Assembly (NCBI GenBank): GCA_039029455.1
Contig: JBCCGE010000002.1
Span: 38,066-102,065 of the forward strand
Direction of reading: 5' to 3'
DNA length: 64,000 bases
Source of the DNA: Pseudomonadota bacterium
GTDB lineage: Bacteria; Pseudomonadota; Gammaproteobacteria; Arenicellales; Poriferihabitantaceae
Of the stretch, positions 19,877 to 29,224 are shown in pieces (position 1 is the stretch's first letter; every line of letters starts with the position of its first letter). The translations under genes and the position numbers were made by a program. Under the pieces are notes generated by a model, which worked only from the letters and a program-made list of their open reading frames with translations, did not search any database and had not been told where the DNA came from.

Positions 19877-20773
19877 CTAGGCGTTTAGCAGAAACTCCAT
19901 CAGCGCTTTTTGGGCGTGCAGTCGGTTCTCAGCTTCATCCCAGACAACGCTCTGTGGGCCGTCTATCACTGCCGCACTAACCTCACTTCCTCTGTAGGCA
20001 GGCAGGCAATGCATAAATATGGCCTCTCGGTCCGCTTTGGCCATCAGGGATTCGTTGACCTGATAGGGTTCGAAACATGCGCCCATGTCGCGCCTCTCCC
20101 GTTCTTGTCCCATGCTGATCCAGCAGTCTGTAACGACGACACTTGAATCGGCAACTGCATCATCGGGGTTGTCGCAGATAACGACATTTTGACCACATGC
20201 GGAAACCAGTGATTTTTCCGGGCCGTATCCGTCCGGGCTGGCGATGTAAAGCTGAAAATCGAGGAGTCTCGCAGCATTCATCCACGAGTGGCATACATTA
20301 TTGCCGTCTCCAATCCAGGCGATTTTGTTTCCGCGAATGTCGCCCAGATACTGAATACAGGTCTGAATATCCGCCAGCAACTGGCAGGGATGATTGAAGT
20401 CAGACAGCGCATTGATTACCGGAACTGTCGAGGCTTCGGCCATGCGCACCACGCGCTCATGAGCGCCGGTTCGCATAATGATCAGTTTGACCATTCGCGA
20501 CAGCACTCTCGCCGTATCTTCAAGAGGCTCTCCTCTTTGTAAATGGCTGTCGCCCGGAGCCAGAAAAATCGAGCTGCCACCCATCTGGGCTATTCCGGCT
20601 TCGAATGAAACCCGCGTTCTGGTAGAGGATTTTTCAAACACCATAGCCGCCGCCTGATGCCGCAGTACCTGACTGGCTTCGACACCCGCGCGAAGCTCTG
20701 CCGCTCTGGCAACAATTTGTCTGAATTCGTCCGCAGACAGATCCATCAAACTGAGAAAATGACGTGTCTTCAT
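19877..20773 (-). CDS. argF: Ornithine carbamoyltransferase
   Basis: SSTRTRVSF, HPCQLLAD, MHCLPAYRG, EAENRLH. Confidence 0.95.
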   Translation of the reverse strand: MKTRHFLSLMDLSADEFRQIVARAAELRAGVEASQVLRHQAAAMVFEKSSTRTRVSFEAGIAQMGGSSIFLAPGDSHLQRGEPLEDTARVLSRMVKLIIMRTGAHERVVRMAEASTVPVINALSDFNHPCQLLADIQTCIQYLGDIRGNKIAWIGDGNNVCHSWMNAARLLDFQLYIASPDGYGPEKSLVSACGQNVVICDNPDDAVADSSVVVTDCWISMGQERERRDMGACFEPYQVNESLMAKADREAIFMHCLPAYRGSEVSAAVIDGPQSVVWDEAENRLHAQKALMEFLLNA

Positions 20774-21025
20774 GACGGTATATTCGCCCGGTTACAGCTG
20801 GATAAATTGGCTGGAAGTGTGTGTTGTCGAAATTCAGCTCAATCGCTGTTCTTCATCCATTTTAAGGAATCCAGCGGTTTTAAAACTTTCCCGGTGACAG
20901 AACTTTATTGAGCACCCATAAACGCGAAAAGCGCCCGGATCAGGCGCTTCCGAAACGGGATTCTACCTAATGGATTGGAAATTTCAAATGATATACTCGC
21001 GCACCATTTTTTTCTGAAGACCGAT

Positions 21026-22243
21026 ATGTCTGAAATCAAGAAAGCCGTTTTGGCCTATTCCGGGGGCTTGGACACTTCGATAATTCTGAAGTGGCTTCAG
21101 GACCGATACGACTGTGAAGTCGTGACCTTCACTGCGGATATCGGGCAGGGCGAAGAGCTCGAACCCGCGCGTAAAAAAGCTGAGGCTTTTGGTATCAGGG
21201 AAATTTTCATCGAAAACCTGCAAGAGGAGTTTGCGACGGAGTATGTGTTTCCCATGTTCCGTGCCAATGCGATTTACGAGGGCGAGTATCTGCTTGGAAC
21301 ATCTATCGCGCGTCCTTTGATCGCTAAGTACCTGGTCAAAATAGCTGAACAGACCGGGGCCGATGCTATTTCACACGGCGCTACAGGAAAGGGCAATGAT
21401 CAGGTCCGGTTCGAACTGGCTTCCTACGCACTCAACCCCGGAATCAAAATTATCGCGCCGTGGCGAGAGTGGGACCTGACGTCGCGGGAACGACTAATGG
21501 CTTATGCGTCTGAACACAATATTTCGGTTGAGAAGAAAAAGGATGGCAGTTCGCCCTATTCTGTTGATGCCAATCTCTTGCATATCTCACACGAGGGAGA
21601 AGAACTCGAGGATCCATGGCAATCCCCCAAACCGGATATGTGGAGTTGGACTACAGATCCGGAAAAAGCGCCCGACGAACCGGAAGAACTCCTGTTGACC
21701 TATCGCAACGGCGATATTACTGCGGTCGACGAAGTTTCCATGACACCCGCTCAGGTTATGCATGCGCTCAACGAGGCGGGATCAAGGCATGGAGTTGGCC
21801 GTGCTGATCTGGTCGAGAACCGATACGTCGGTATGAAATCCAGGGGATGTTACGAAACACCCGCAGGCAGCATCATGCTCAAAGCACACCGTGCGATTGA
21901 GTCGATCACTCTCGACCGGGAGGTCGCGCATCTTAAAGATGAACTGATGCCACGCTATGCAAAACTCATCTACAACGGATACTGGTTTGCGCCCGAGAGA
22001 AAGATGATGCAGCAGATGATTGATGCATCTCAGGTCACGGTAAATGGTGATGTGCGGTTGAAGCTGTACAAAGGCAACGTGCAGATTCTGGGGCGTCGAT
22101 CAACGGAGTCACTGTTCGACGAGAAAATTGCAACGTTTGACGAAGATCAGGGCGCCTATGATCAGGGAGACGCAACCGGGTTTATTCGATTAAATGCTTT
22201 ACGTATGCGCATTGCCGCATTAAAAGGCAGGAAAAACGACTAG
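21026..22243 (+). CDS. argG: Argininosuccinate synthase
   Basis: [39 protein letters not shown]. Confidence 0.97.
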   Translation: MSEIKKAVLAYSGGLDTSIILKWLQDRYDCEVVTFTADIGQGEELEPARKKAEAFGIREIFIENLQEEFATEYVFPMFRANAIYEGEYLLGTSIARPLIAKYLVKIAEQTGADAISHGATGKGNDQVRFELASYALNPGIKIIAPWREWDLTSRERLMAYASEHNISVEKKKDGSSPYSVDANLLHISHEGEELEDPWQSPKPDMWSWTTDPEKAPDEPEELLLTYRNGDITAVDEVSMTPAQVMHALNEAGSRHGVGRADLVENRYVGMKSRGCYETPAGSIMLKAHRAIESITLDREVAHLKDELMPRYAKLIYNGYWFAPERKMMQQMIDASQVTVNGDVRLKLYKGNVQILGRRSTESLFDEKIATFDEDQGAYDQGDATGFIRLNALRMRIAALKGRKND

Positions 22244-22250
22244 ACTCATC

Positions 22251-22958
22251 ATGCCGATGACGGTTTGCCTTGTTGTACCCCTGTACAACGAAGGGGAGGC
22301 TGTTTTTGATCTGATTGAGCATATCGACTCCATTTCCGGGATCCACAAGGCAGTGCTGGTTGACGCGAGCACCGACTTCGAATCGGTGCGAGCGTTTGAG
22401 CGTGCTCAAATATCCAAAAAGGGTCTGCAAAAATACTCCTTTGTGCGTCTTCAAACTGCGGGCAGGGCTGTGCAAATGAACGCAGGTGCCGAACTTTCCG
22501 CGGAGGACATATTGTTGTTCCTGCACTGCGATACCCGTTTGCCTGAGAGATCCTGTGAATTGATCAACGATCAGATTTCCGCGGGATATGAGTGGGGTCG
22601 GTTTGATGTGTGCATGGATGATTCTGGCTGGCCTTTCCGGCTAATCGCAGCCATGATCAATATACGTTCCCGAATGAGGCATCTGGCAACAGGTGATCAG
22701 GCGATTTTTATTCGACGAGAACTGTTTGCCGCAGCAGGCTGTTTTGAGGAAATACCATTGATGGAAGACATTGCTTTGAGCCGAAAGCTTCGTCACAGTC
22801 CTGCTGCGCTGATCAAGGTCCCTGTGCTGACGTCCGCCCGCAGGTGGCGGAAAAGAGGCATTGGCAGAACAATTGTCTTAATGTGGTTGATTCGCATGGC
22901 GTACTGGTTGGGAGTCGACCCCAATCGGCTGGCCAGGTGGTATGGCCATGCACGATAG
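22251..22958 (+). CDS. GT2-like glycosyltransferase, TIGR04283 type
   Basis: GRAVQMNAGA, LFLHCDT, TGDQAIF, LMEDIALS, TSARRW. Confidence 0.85.
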   Translation: MPMTVCLVVPLYNEGEAVFDLIEHIDSISGIHKAVLVDASTDFESVRAFERAQISKKGLQKYSFVRLQTAGRAVQMNAGAELSAEDILLFLHCDTRLPERSCELINDQISAGYEWGRFDVCMDDSGWPFRLIAAMINIRSRMRHLATGDQAIFIRRELFAAAGCFEEIPLMEDIALSRKLRHSPAALIKVPVLTSARRWRKRGIGRTIVLMWLIRMAYWLGVDPNRLARWYGHAR

Positions 22959-23586
22959 AATTCCGCTGTACCTGTTCGCCAAGGCACCGGTGCCTGGAAC
23001 GGTAAAAACAAGGATGCAACCGCATCTTTCGCCGTTTAAATGTGCAGAACTGGCCAAAATGATGCTGCGGGAATCGGCGAAGAAGGTATCCGAACACTGG
23101 CCGGGTCGTCTCGTACTGACGGTAGCGCCCGACGACACGCACTCAATATTTCGCGAGATTCAGCTTGAAACTGATTGCGCGCTTGTGGTGCAGCAGGACG
23201 GTGATCTGGGAATGCGAATGTCCGCCGTTATCTCAGATGGGCTGAAGCATTTTCCGGCAGCCGTTGTTATGGGGTGTGATGTGCCGCATCTTTCTGGTGA
23301 TGTTCTGGCAACGGCGCACGATGTACTAAAGGCCGGAAAAAACGTCATTGGGCCTGCCAGTGACGGCGGTTTTTACCTGCTTGGACTAAATACGTTCGAT
23401 CCCGGGATATTCGACAACATTAAATGGGGCGAAAGCGCTGTTTTCAAGGCCGTGAAGGAAGCGATATTCGCCAGAAAATGGCCCTTGATCGAATTGTCAG
23501 AAGTTTACGATATCGACACCTTTGTTGATCTGCAGCGGCTGGCAGCGGAGAATCCTGTATATCAACGAATTCTGGTGGAGAATTGA
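22942..23586 (+). CDS. Glycosyltransferase-like protein, TIGR04282/DUF2064 type
   Basis: AKAPVPGTVKTRM, QQDGDLGMRM, GCDVP, GPASDGGFYLLG, DIDT. Confidence 0.85.
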   Translation: MAMHDRIPLYLFAKAPVPGTVKTRMQPHLSPFKCAELAKMMLRESAKKVSEHWPGRLVLTVAPDDTHSIFREIQLETDCALVVQQDGDLGMRMSAVISDGLKHFPAAVVMGCDVPHLSGDVLATAHDVLKAGKNVIGPASDGGFYLLGLNTFDPGIFDNIKWGESAVFKAVKEAIFARKWPLIELSEVYDIDTFVDLQRLAAENPVYQRILVEN

Positions 23587-23608
23587 GGCCAGGGTTTAAA
23601 AAAACCAT

Positions 23609-24583
23609 ATGATAAGCAGCCCCTCGACGTTAAAACCAGAGTTTGAGCTGGAGTTTTTGCGGCCATCGTATTGGCCGAAATGGTGTTTGTATGGCTTTTT
23701 GTATGTTGTGTCTTTTTTGCCAAGGACCTGGGTGATGAAAATCGGGGAACAGGTCGGGCGCCAGTTCTACAAAACAAATCGAAAGCGGCGCGAGATCGCT
23801 CGAATCAATGTGGCATTGTGTTTCCCGGAAAAATCAACGTCCGAATGCGAGTTGCTGGTTGAGCAACACTTTCTTCACTACGGCCGGTCCCTTGTGGATA
23901 TGGGAATTGCGCTTTGGGGTAAAAGCAAACGAGTTAACAGAGTTGTTGATACCGAAGGCGTCGAACGGTTGCGCGATATTATTGCCGAGCGTCCGGTAAT
24001 ACTTATTACCTATCATCTAACCACTCTCGAAATGTTGGGGAGCGTCGTTGGTCAAATGGGACCGTGCGTCTGTATGATGAACCACAACAAGGATCGACTG
24101 CTCACCTGGCAGCAATACAAGGCACGCAAGCGATTTGGGGATATCAATATGGTAATGCGTGCGGAAGGATTACGGGGCATCATTAAAGGTATTCGCGAAC
24201 GCAGATACTGTGTTTATTTGCCGGATGAGGATTTCGGCGATGGCAAGCATGCAGAATTTGCACCATTTTTCGGTGTCAGCCGGGCAACCCTTAACACCAC
24301 TGCTCGCCTCGCCCGTTCCACCGGCAGCGCTGTAGTACCGGTTGTGTGCTACCTGGACCCGAAGAGCGGAAAGTATCGCTGCGTGTTTTCAGAACCTATC
24401 GAGAACTACCCGGGAGAGAATGAAACCGAAAATGCGGTTCGGCTGAACGCAGCGATGGAGGAACAGATCCGGGTGGCCCCTGAACACTATCTTTGGACCT
24501 TCAGGTGGTTCAGAACGCGCCCCGACGGACTGCCCGATCCGTATAAGTCAGTAGCGGCTTCTGCTGAGAAGCTGACGACGTGA
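23609..24583 (+). CDS. Lipid A late acyltransferase (LpxL/LpxM family)
   Basis: FLRPSYWPKW, IARINVALCFP, H-x4-E (HLTTLE), PFFG, PEHYLWTFRWFRTRP. Confidence 0.88.
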   Translation: MISSPSTLKPEFELEFLRPSYWPKWCLYGFLYVVSFLPRTWVMKIGEQVGRQFYKTNRKRREIARINVALCFPEKSTSECELLVEQHFLHYGRSLVDMGIALWGKSKRVNRVVDTEGVERLRDIIAERPVILITYHLTTLEMLGSVVGQMGPCVCMMNHNKDRLLTWQQYKARKRFGDINMVMRAEGLRGIIKGIRERRYCVYLPDEDFGDGKHAEFAPFFGVSRATLNTTARLARSTGSAVVPVVCYLDPKSGKYRCVFSEPIENYPGENETENAVRLNAAMEEQIRVAPEHYLWTFRWFRTRPDGLPDPYKSVAASAEKLTT

Positions 24584-25596
24584 AAATACTTGCAATAAAG
24601 CAGACTTCGCTTGGAGACGTGCTGCATGTGACCGGACATTTGCGTCGGATGAAGGAAGCATTTCCAGAGGCTGAACTGCATGTGATGACAGCAACATCTT
24701 CGGCGATGATTCTTGAAAATCATACTTCCATTGATAAGTTGATAGTCATCGATCGATACGGGTTTAAAAAGAACTGGTGGCGCAAACCCGTCTGGTCCTA
24801 TCGATTGATGAAGACTGCGATGCAGCAGATTCGACAGCATGAATATGATCTTGCAATCGATTTTCAGGGTTTGTCCAAATCTGTAATTTTTTTATATGGC
24901 GCCAGAGCCAGACGCAAATTTGTAAAGGGGAAGTGGCCCGGTCTGACCGGATTTCACAACCGTCAGTTGCATGCTGTGCGTGAAATGGATGCGGTCCTCG
25001 ATATGGCGGGAATAGACGCTGAGGACACCAGCATGGAGTTCCAGACTACCGTGGACGACGATAATCATGTGGACTCTCTGGTGAAACAACTTGCCCGGAA
25101 CGATCTACCGGTTCTTCTTTTCAGCTGCTTTTCAAGATGGCAAAGCAAGGATTGGCCGCTGGAGAAATACGTGGAACTTGCTCGCTATTACGCAGACGAC
25201 AACCTGATCCTATTTTCGGGTGCAGAAAACAGGCAGCCGGAAATTGAGCAGGCCGTCGCATTGCTCAAGCATCCAAACTGTCACTCTGTTGCAGGCAAAA
25301 TCACCCTTAGACAATTTGCCGCTCTGGCGGGTAAAGCAACCTTAATGGTGACCGGAGACAGTTTTCCGATGCACGTATCCGTTGCAAAAGGCACTCCGGT
25401 GGTTGCGATTTTTGGACCGACCAATCCGCACAAAGTCGGTCCGATTGGAAAATCCCACCGTGTCGTGCAGGCGCCAAATTGTCGACAATGTGAGAATTCG
25501 AGATGCCGACGGTTGTGTCTGCTGGACGTGCCGGTCGGATCAGTGCGTGATGCGGTTGATAACGCGCTGACAAAAATAGGATACCAAATCAGTTGA
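24580..25596 (+). CDS. GT9 heptosyltransferase (WaaC/WaaF-like)
   Basis: SLGDVL, DFQGLSKS, KDWP, TGDSFPMH, IFGPT. Confidence 0.88.
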   Translation: MKILAIKQTSLGDVLHVTGHLRRMKEAFPEAELHVMTATSSAMILENHTSIDKLIVIDRYGFKKNWWRKPVWSYRLMKTAMQQIRQHEYDLAIDFQGLSKSVIFLYGARARRKFVKGKWPGLTGFHNRQLHAVREMDAVLDMAGIDAEDTSMEFQTTVDDDNHVDSLVKQLARNDLPVLLFSCFSRWQSKDWPLEKYVELARYYADDNLILFSGAENRQPEIEQAVALLKHPNCHSVAGKITLRQFAALAGKATLMVTGDSFPMHVSVAKGTPVVAIFGPTNPHKVGPIGKSHRVVQAPNCRQCENSRCRRLCLLDVPVGSVRDAVDNALTKIGYQIS

Positions 25597-26539
25597 GTGC
25601 CGTTCGGGCATTTTCGAACATACGATCGAATTCTGCCTGCGAAGTGTCAGCCTCTTCGGTGATCCAACTGCGAAATGCGGCAATTTGCGGTTCTGACTCT
25701 CGTCCGGGAACGCAGATAAAATAATAGGAAACATTGGATCGCGAAACCACTTCAGGAAACAGCATGACCAGCCGCCCGGCGTTAATATCATCGAGTACGT
25801 GGGAGCTGCGAGCCAGAGCTATTCCCTGATCATCTATTGCCGCCTGCAGCGCAAGGCTTGTGAGCGGAAACTTGGTGCCGGGAGGCATTTTCTTGACTGC
25901 AACGCCTGCGTCCTTAAACCAGTCTCGCCATTTCGGCAGAATATCGATGATGCCACGACGAAGCAGTGGGTAGCGTAACAATTCCTCGGGGCTTTGCGGC
26001 GAGCCGTTTTTTTCCAGAAAACGAGGACTGCAGACGGGGAAGACATATTCATTGAGGATGCGTTGCTCGAACATATTCCCCCAGTTGCCGTATCCCAGTC
26101 GAATGCCGATATCTGCGTTTTCTGCGTTGAAATCCACCAATTGGTCGGACGTCGATATCCAGACATCAATGTCCGGGTAGTCCTGCTTGAAATGACCGAG
26201 CCGTGGCACCAGCCACTTGAAGGCGAAAGACTGCAACAGCGTAACCCGCAAAGCAGCCGGACCGTCGTTGCGTTCATTCAAATCCTCAAGTGTCGACGAA
26301 ATTCTCCGTATAAAGTCCCTGACGATAGGCACCAGAGCATGTCCCGCTTCGGTCAGAACAAGCCGTCGGCCACGGCGTTCAAACAGCTTGAACCCCCACA
26401 TTTCTTCTGCGTGTTTGATCTGGTGGCTTATAGCGCTTTGGGTGACAAACAATTCTTCGGCAGCCCGGGTGTAGCTTAAATGTCTGGCGGCTGCCTCGAG
26501 CGCCCGAAGCGCCGCAATAGGTGGAAATCGTACCGACAC
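25589..26539 (-). CDS. LysR-type regulator, GcvA subfamily
   Basis: PPIAALRALEAAARHLSYTRAAEELFVTQSAISHQIK HTH; WLVPRL. Confidence 0.9.
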   Translation of the reverse strand: MSVRFPPIAALRALEAAARHLSYTRAAEELFVTQSAISHQIKHAEEMWGFKLFERRGRRLVLTEAGHALVPIVRDFIRRISSTLEDLNERNDGPAALRVTLLQSFAFKWLVPRLGHFKQDYPDIDVWISTSDQLVDFNAENADIGIRLGYGNWGNMFEQRILNEYVFPVCSPRFLEKNGSPQSPEELLRYPLLRRGIIDILPKWRDWFKDAGVAVKKMPPGTKFPLTSLALQAAIDDQGIALARSSHVLDDINAGRLVMLFPEVVSRSNVSYYFICVPGRESEPQIAAFRSWITEEADTSQAEFDRMFENARTALN

Positions 26540-26553
26540 AGTTAAAGTTTATA

Positions 26554-26592
26554 CATGAACAAATACTCATGAATTAGATGAGAAACTTTCGT
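26554..26592. promoter_or_regulatory. Candidate LysR binding sites in divergent promoter
   Basis: Dyad CATGA-N8-TCATG (26554-26571) followed by ATGA-N7-TCGT (26578-26592), just upstream of the LysR start. Confidence 0.45.
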
Positions 26593-26691
26593 TTGTTCCA
26601 AACCGAAAACGCCCTTATATTCAGAGGCGTACCAACAGCGAAACGTTGCTTTTGGGTTTGCTAAGTTCTTGACTATTCGAGGTATTTTGAA

Positions 26692-26778
26692 ATGGCTAAT
26701 AATTTGATTATTCGTGTAGGTGCTGCTTATATCGGCGCTCTGTCGATACTGGCCTTGATAATGGCTGTCGTCAGTTAG
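26692..26778 (+). CDS. Small 28-aa single-TM peptide (not in ORF track)
   Basis: MANNLIIRVGAAYIGALSILALIMAVVS*; GAGGT RBS upstream; its TAG overlaps the AGGAG RBS of the next gene. Confidence 0.55.
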   Translation: MANNLIIRVGAAYIGALSILALIMAVVS

Positions 26779-26787
26779 GAGTTTATC

Positions 26788-27060
26788 ATGAGTATGACTA
26801 AAAATTTATCGTCTAACGTTATCGTTGGAGAATTCCGGACTTCACTGTTGTCGAGACTGTTCAGCCGATTCGTCGCCTGGCGTCGTCGACAGGTCGCAAT
26901 AGCACAGTTGCAGCAGATGCCGGATCGTTTACTGGCCGATATTGGGATCGAGCGCTACCAGATTAGCGATTTCGTGAATAAATCGGATGCGGCAGATGAG
27001 GTCACATTTCGTGCACCAGCACCGTACAACAAAGAGGTCGCACTGCCTCACGCCGCCTGA
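26788..27060 (+). CDS. DUF1127 (YjiS-like) small protein
   Basis: WRRRQ..IAQL..MPDRLLADIGIER motif; AGGAG RBS. Confidence 0.88.
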   Translation: MSMTKNLSSNVIVGEFRTSLLSRLFSRFVAWRRRQVAIAQLQQMPDRLLADIGIERYQISDFVNKSDAADEVTFRAPAPYNKEVALPHAA

Positions 27061-27090
27061 CAATCTTCATTCCTCCATTGGTGTTTATTA

Positions 27091-27118
27091 GGGCGACCGC
27101 CAGGTCGCCCATTTTTTT
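27091..27118 (+). terminator. Rho-independent terminator
   Basis: GGGCGACC-gcca-GGTCGCCC followed by ATTTTTTT. Confidence 0.85.
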
Positions 27119-27241
27119 GCCCACATGGACGTGGTCGGATGTTTCATTGCCCAATATTTGATGGCACGAATTCAATGTGGACATATCGATCCACAACAGA
27201 TTGAGCTAGAATCCGAGCGGTCGATTTTTACCCTTCCGGAT

Positions 27242-27658
27242 ATGTTTTTCGAGTTTTTAGCGCAACACTGGTATCTGTTTGCAATGCTGGCAATTATTTT
27301 GCTCTTGCTGGCATTTGGACCGAACACTGCGGCTGCGGGCGCCAAAAAAATATCGGCGTTACAGCTTCCCCAGTTGCAATCCCGACAGGGCGCTGCAATT
27401 GTAGATGTGAGCACGCAGGAAGAATTTGCTGCAGGTCACATTGAGCAGTCAAAAAATATTCCGTTGAAAACTCTCGAGGAAAACCTGGATCAGTTGAAAA
27501 AGTTCAAGGAAAAGCCCGTGATTCTTGTCTGTGCGGCGGGTACCAGAGCCCCGAAAGCTGCGGGTGTGTTGCGTAAAGGTGGGTTTTCCGACCTCTACTT
27601 ACTCGATGGCGGTCTGGCGGCATGGCGAAAGGAAAATCTGCCGTTGGCTAAAAATTGA
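27242..27658 (+). CDS. Rhodanese-like membrane protein (YibN-like)
   Basis: N-terminal TM, FAAGHI..SKNIP, LVCAAG, LDGGLAAW..ENLP; upstream of secB. Confidence 0.85.
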   Translation: MFFEFLAQHWYLFAMLAIILLLLAFGPNTAAAGAKKISALQLPQLQSRQGAAIVDVSTQEEFAAGHIEQSKNIPLKTLEENLDQLKKFKEKPVILVCAAGTRAPKAAGVLRKGGFSDLYLLDGGLAAWRKENLPLAKN

Positions 27659-27694
27659 TCTCCGACTTCTAACCTCTGTACACCATTTGTCGCT

Positions 27695-28168
27695 ATGGCC
27701 TCTCCCGTCACTAAACTGGAACCCAAAAAAATCTACCTGAAGGACTGTTCATTCGAATCACCTTCGAGTCCACATATTTTCGCTCGTGGAGAGGTTCAGC
27801 CGAAAATGGAAGTCCAAATGACTATCGCCCACACCCGTATCGAGGCAGATCACAATTTTTTTGAAGTCGTATTGAAGATTACGGTAACGGCGACTCATGA
27901 AGACACAAATCTTTTCCTCGCCGAAATTCAGCAGGCTGGGATATTCGGCGTGCAGAATCTTGCAGAGGACCGAATAGAGATGGTGCTTGAAGTCGCCTGT
28001 CCACACATGCTGCTGCCGTTTGCGCGGGAAGAGCTCGCGGGGCTGGTAGCCAAGGGCGGGTTCCCCCAACTTCTTTTGAATCCGGTCAATTTCGAAGCGA
28101 TATACCAGCAGAAAAAAGAAAAAGAAGCTCGGAGCGTGGAACCACCTGCTGACGCGCGGCCGAACTGA
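27695..28168 (+). CDS. secB: Protein-export chaperone SecB
   Basis: IYLKDCSFESP, QAGIF, CPHMLLPFARE, GGFPQLLLNPVNFEA. Confidence 0.95.
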   Translation: MASPVTKLEPKKIYLKDCSFESPSSPHIFARGEVQPKMEVQMTIAHTRIEADHNFFEVVLKITVTATHEDTNLFLAEIQQAGIFGVQNLAEDRIEMVLEVACPHMLLPFAREELAGLVAKGGFPQLLLNPVNFEAIYQQKKEKEARSVEPPADARPN

Positions 28169-28189
28169 TTCAAATCATCATCGCAGAGT

Positions 28190-29224
28190 TTGCATAACCA
28201 GGAGAATAATTCGGAAGTTGCTGTATTGGGAGCAGGGTCGTGGGGAACTGCGCTGGCATCTCTGGCGTGTAAAAATTTCTCCAGAGTTCGTCTCTGGTCT
28301 CATCGTTCGCAAATACTTGAAGACATTGCTGAAACCGGTGAGAACCGAAGTTATCTTCCGGGTATCGAGCTGCAATCCAACATTATTCCGTCACCTGATC
28401 TGGAAGACATTGTTGGTGGTGTAAGCCGTTTTATTGTCGTTGTCCCGAGCCACGCATTCAGACAAACCTGCGACCGGCTTCAGCGCATACGCAGCCGTGC
28501 AGGTTCGGATCTCGATCCCTTACAACTCGTATGGGGCACCAAAGGTTTCGAGCCGGACTCCGGGCTGTTGCTGAGTCAGGTCGCTGCTGAAATATTTCCC
28601 GAAGATGCAAATTTTGGCGTCGTCTCCGGACCCAGTTTTGCCAAAGAGACCACGCTTCAGATGCCGACTGCACTGACCGTAGCCTGCCGGTTCGAGGGTG
28701 AGGTTGAAAGCGTTTGCGAGTGGTTTCGAACGGCCACTACGAGAGTCTACGGCAGTGATGATTTAATCGGTGTGCAGCTGGGGGGCGCGATCAAAAATGT
28801 GATGGCGATCGCAGCAGGCATTGGCGATGGGCTCGGCTACGGTGCCAATGCAAGAGCCGCGCTGATTACTCGGGGGTTGGTTGAGTTGAATCGCCTGTGT
28901 AAAGCACTGGGAGGCAAGCCGGAGACAATAATGGGCTTAACCGGTGTCGGGGATCTGGTATTGACATGCACTGATAATCAATCGCGGAACCGTCGCTTTG
29001 GTATGGGACTGGGGGCGGGAAAGTCGATCCAGGCTATAAAAGAAGAAATCGGACAGGAAATCGAGGGCATAAATACCACTCAGGTTTTGTTTAATAAAAG
29101 TAAGGATCTGAATTTGACAATGCCAATAACTGAGCAGGTTTACCAGATTATATTTGAGGGTAAAAACCCGGCACATGCGGTCAACAGTCTGCTGCAGCGC
29201 ACAGCAAAGAGTGAGAACGAGTAA
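28190..29224 (+). CDS. gpsA: NAD(P)H-dependent glycerol-3-phosphate dehydrogenase
   Basis: GAGSWGTALA, SGPSFAKE, GGAIKNV, GDLVLTCTDNQSRNR. Confidence 0.96.
   Translation: MHNQENNSEVAVLGAGSWGTALASLACKNFSRVRLWSHRSQILEDIAETGENRSYLPGIELQSNIIPSPDLEDIVGGVSRFIVVVPSHAFRQTCDRLQRIRSRAGSDLDPLQLVWGTKGFEPDSGLLLSQVAAEIFPEDANFGVVSGPSFAKETTLQMPTALTVACRFEGEVESVCEWFRTATTRVYGSDDLIGVQLGGAIKNVMAIAAGIGDGLGYGANARAALITRGLVELNRLCKALGGKPETIMGLTGVGDLVLTCTDNQSRNRRFGMGLGAGKSIQAIKEEIGQEIEGINTTQVLFNKSKDLNLTMPITEQVYQIIFEGKNPAHAVNSLLQRTAKSENE

Noticed and set aside
27162-27178. Sigma54 promoter (TGGCACG) upstream of the rhodanese gene
   Set aside because: No TTGC -12 element at the required spacing.
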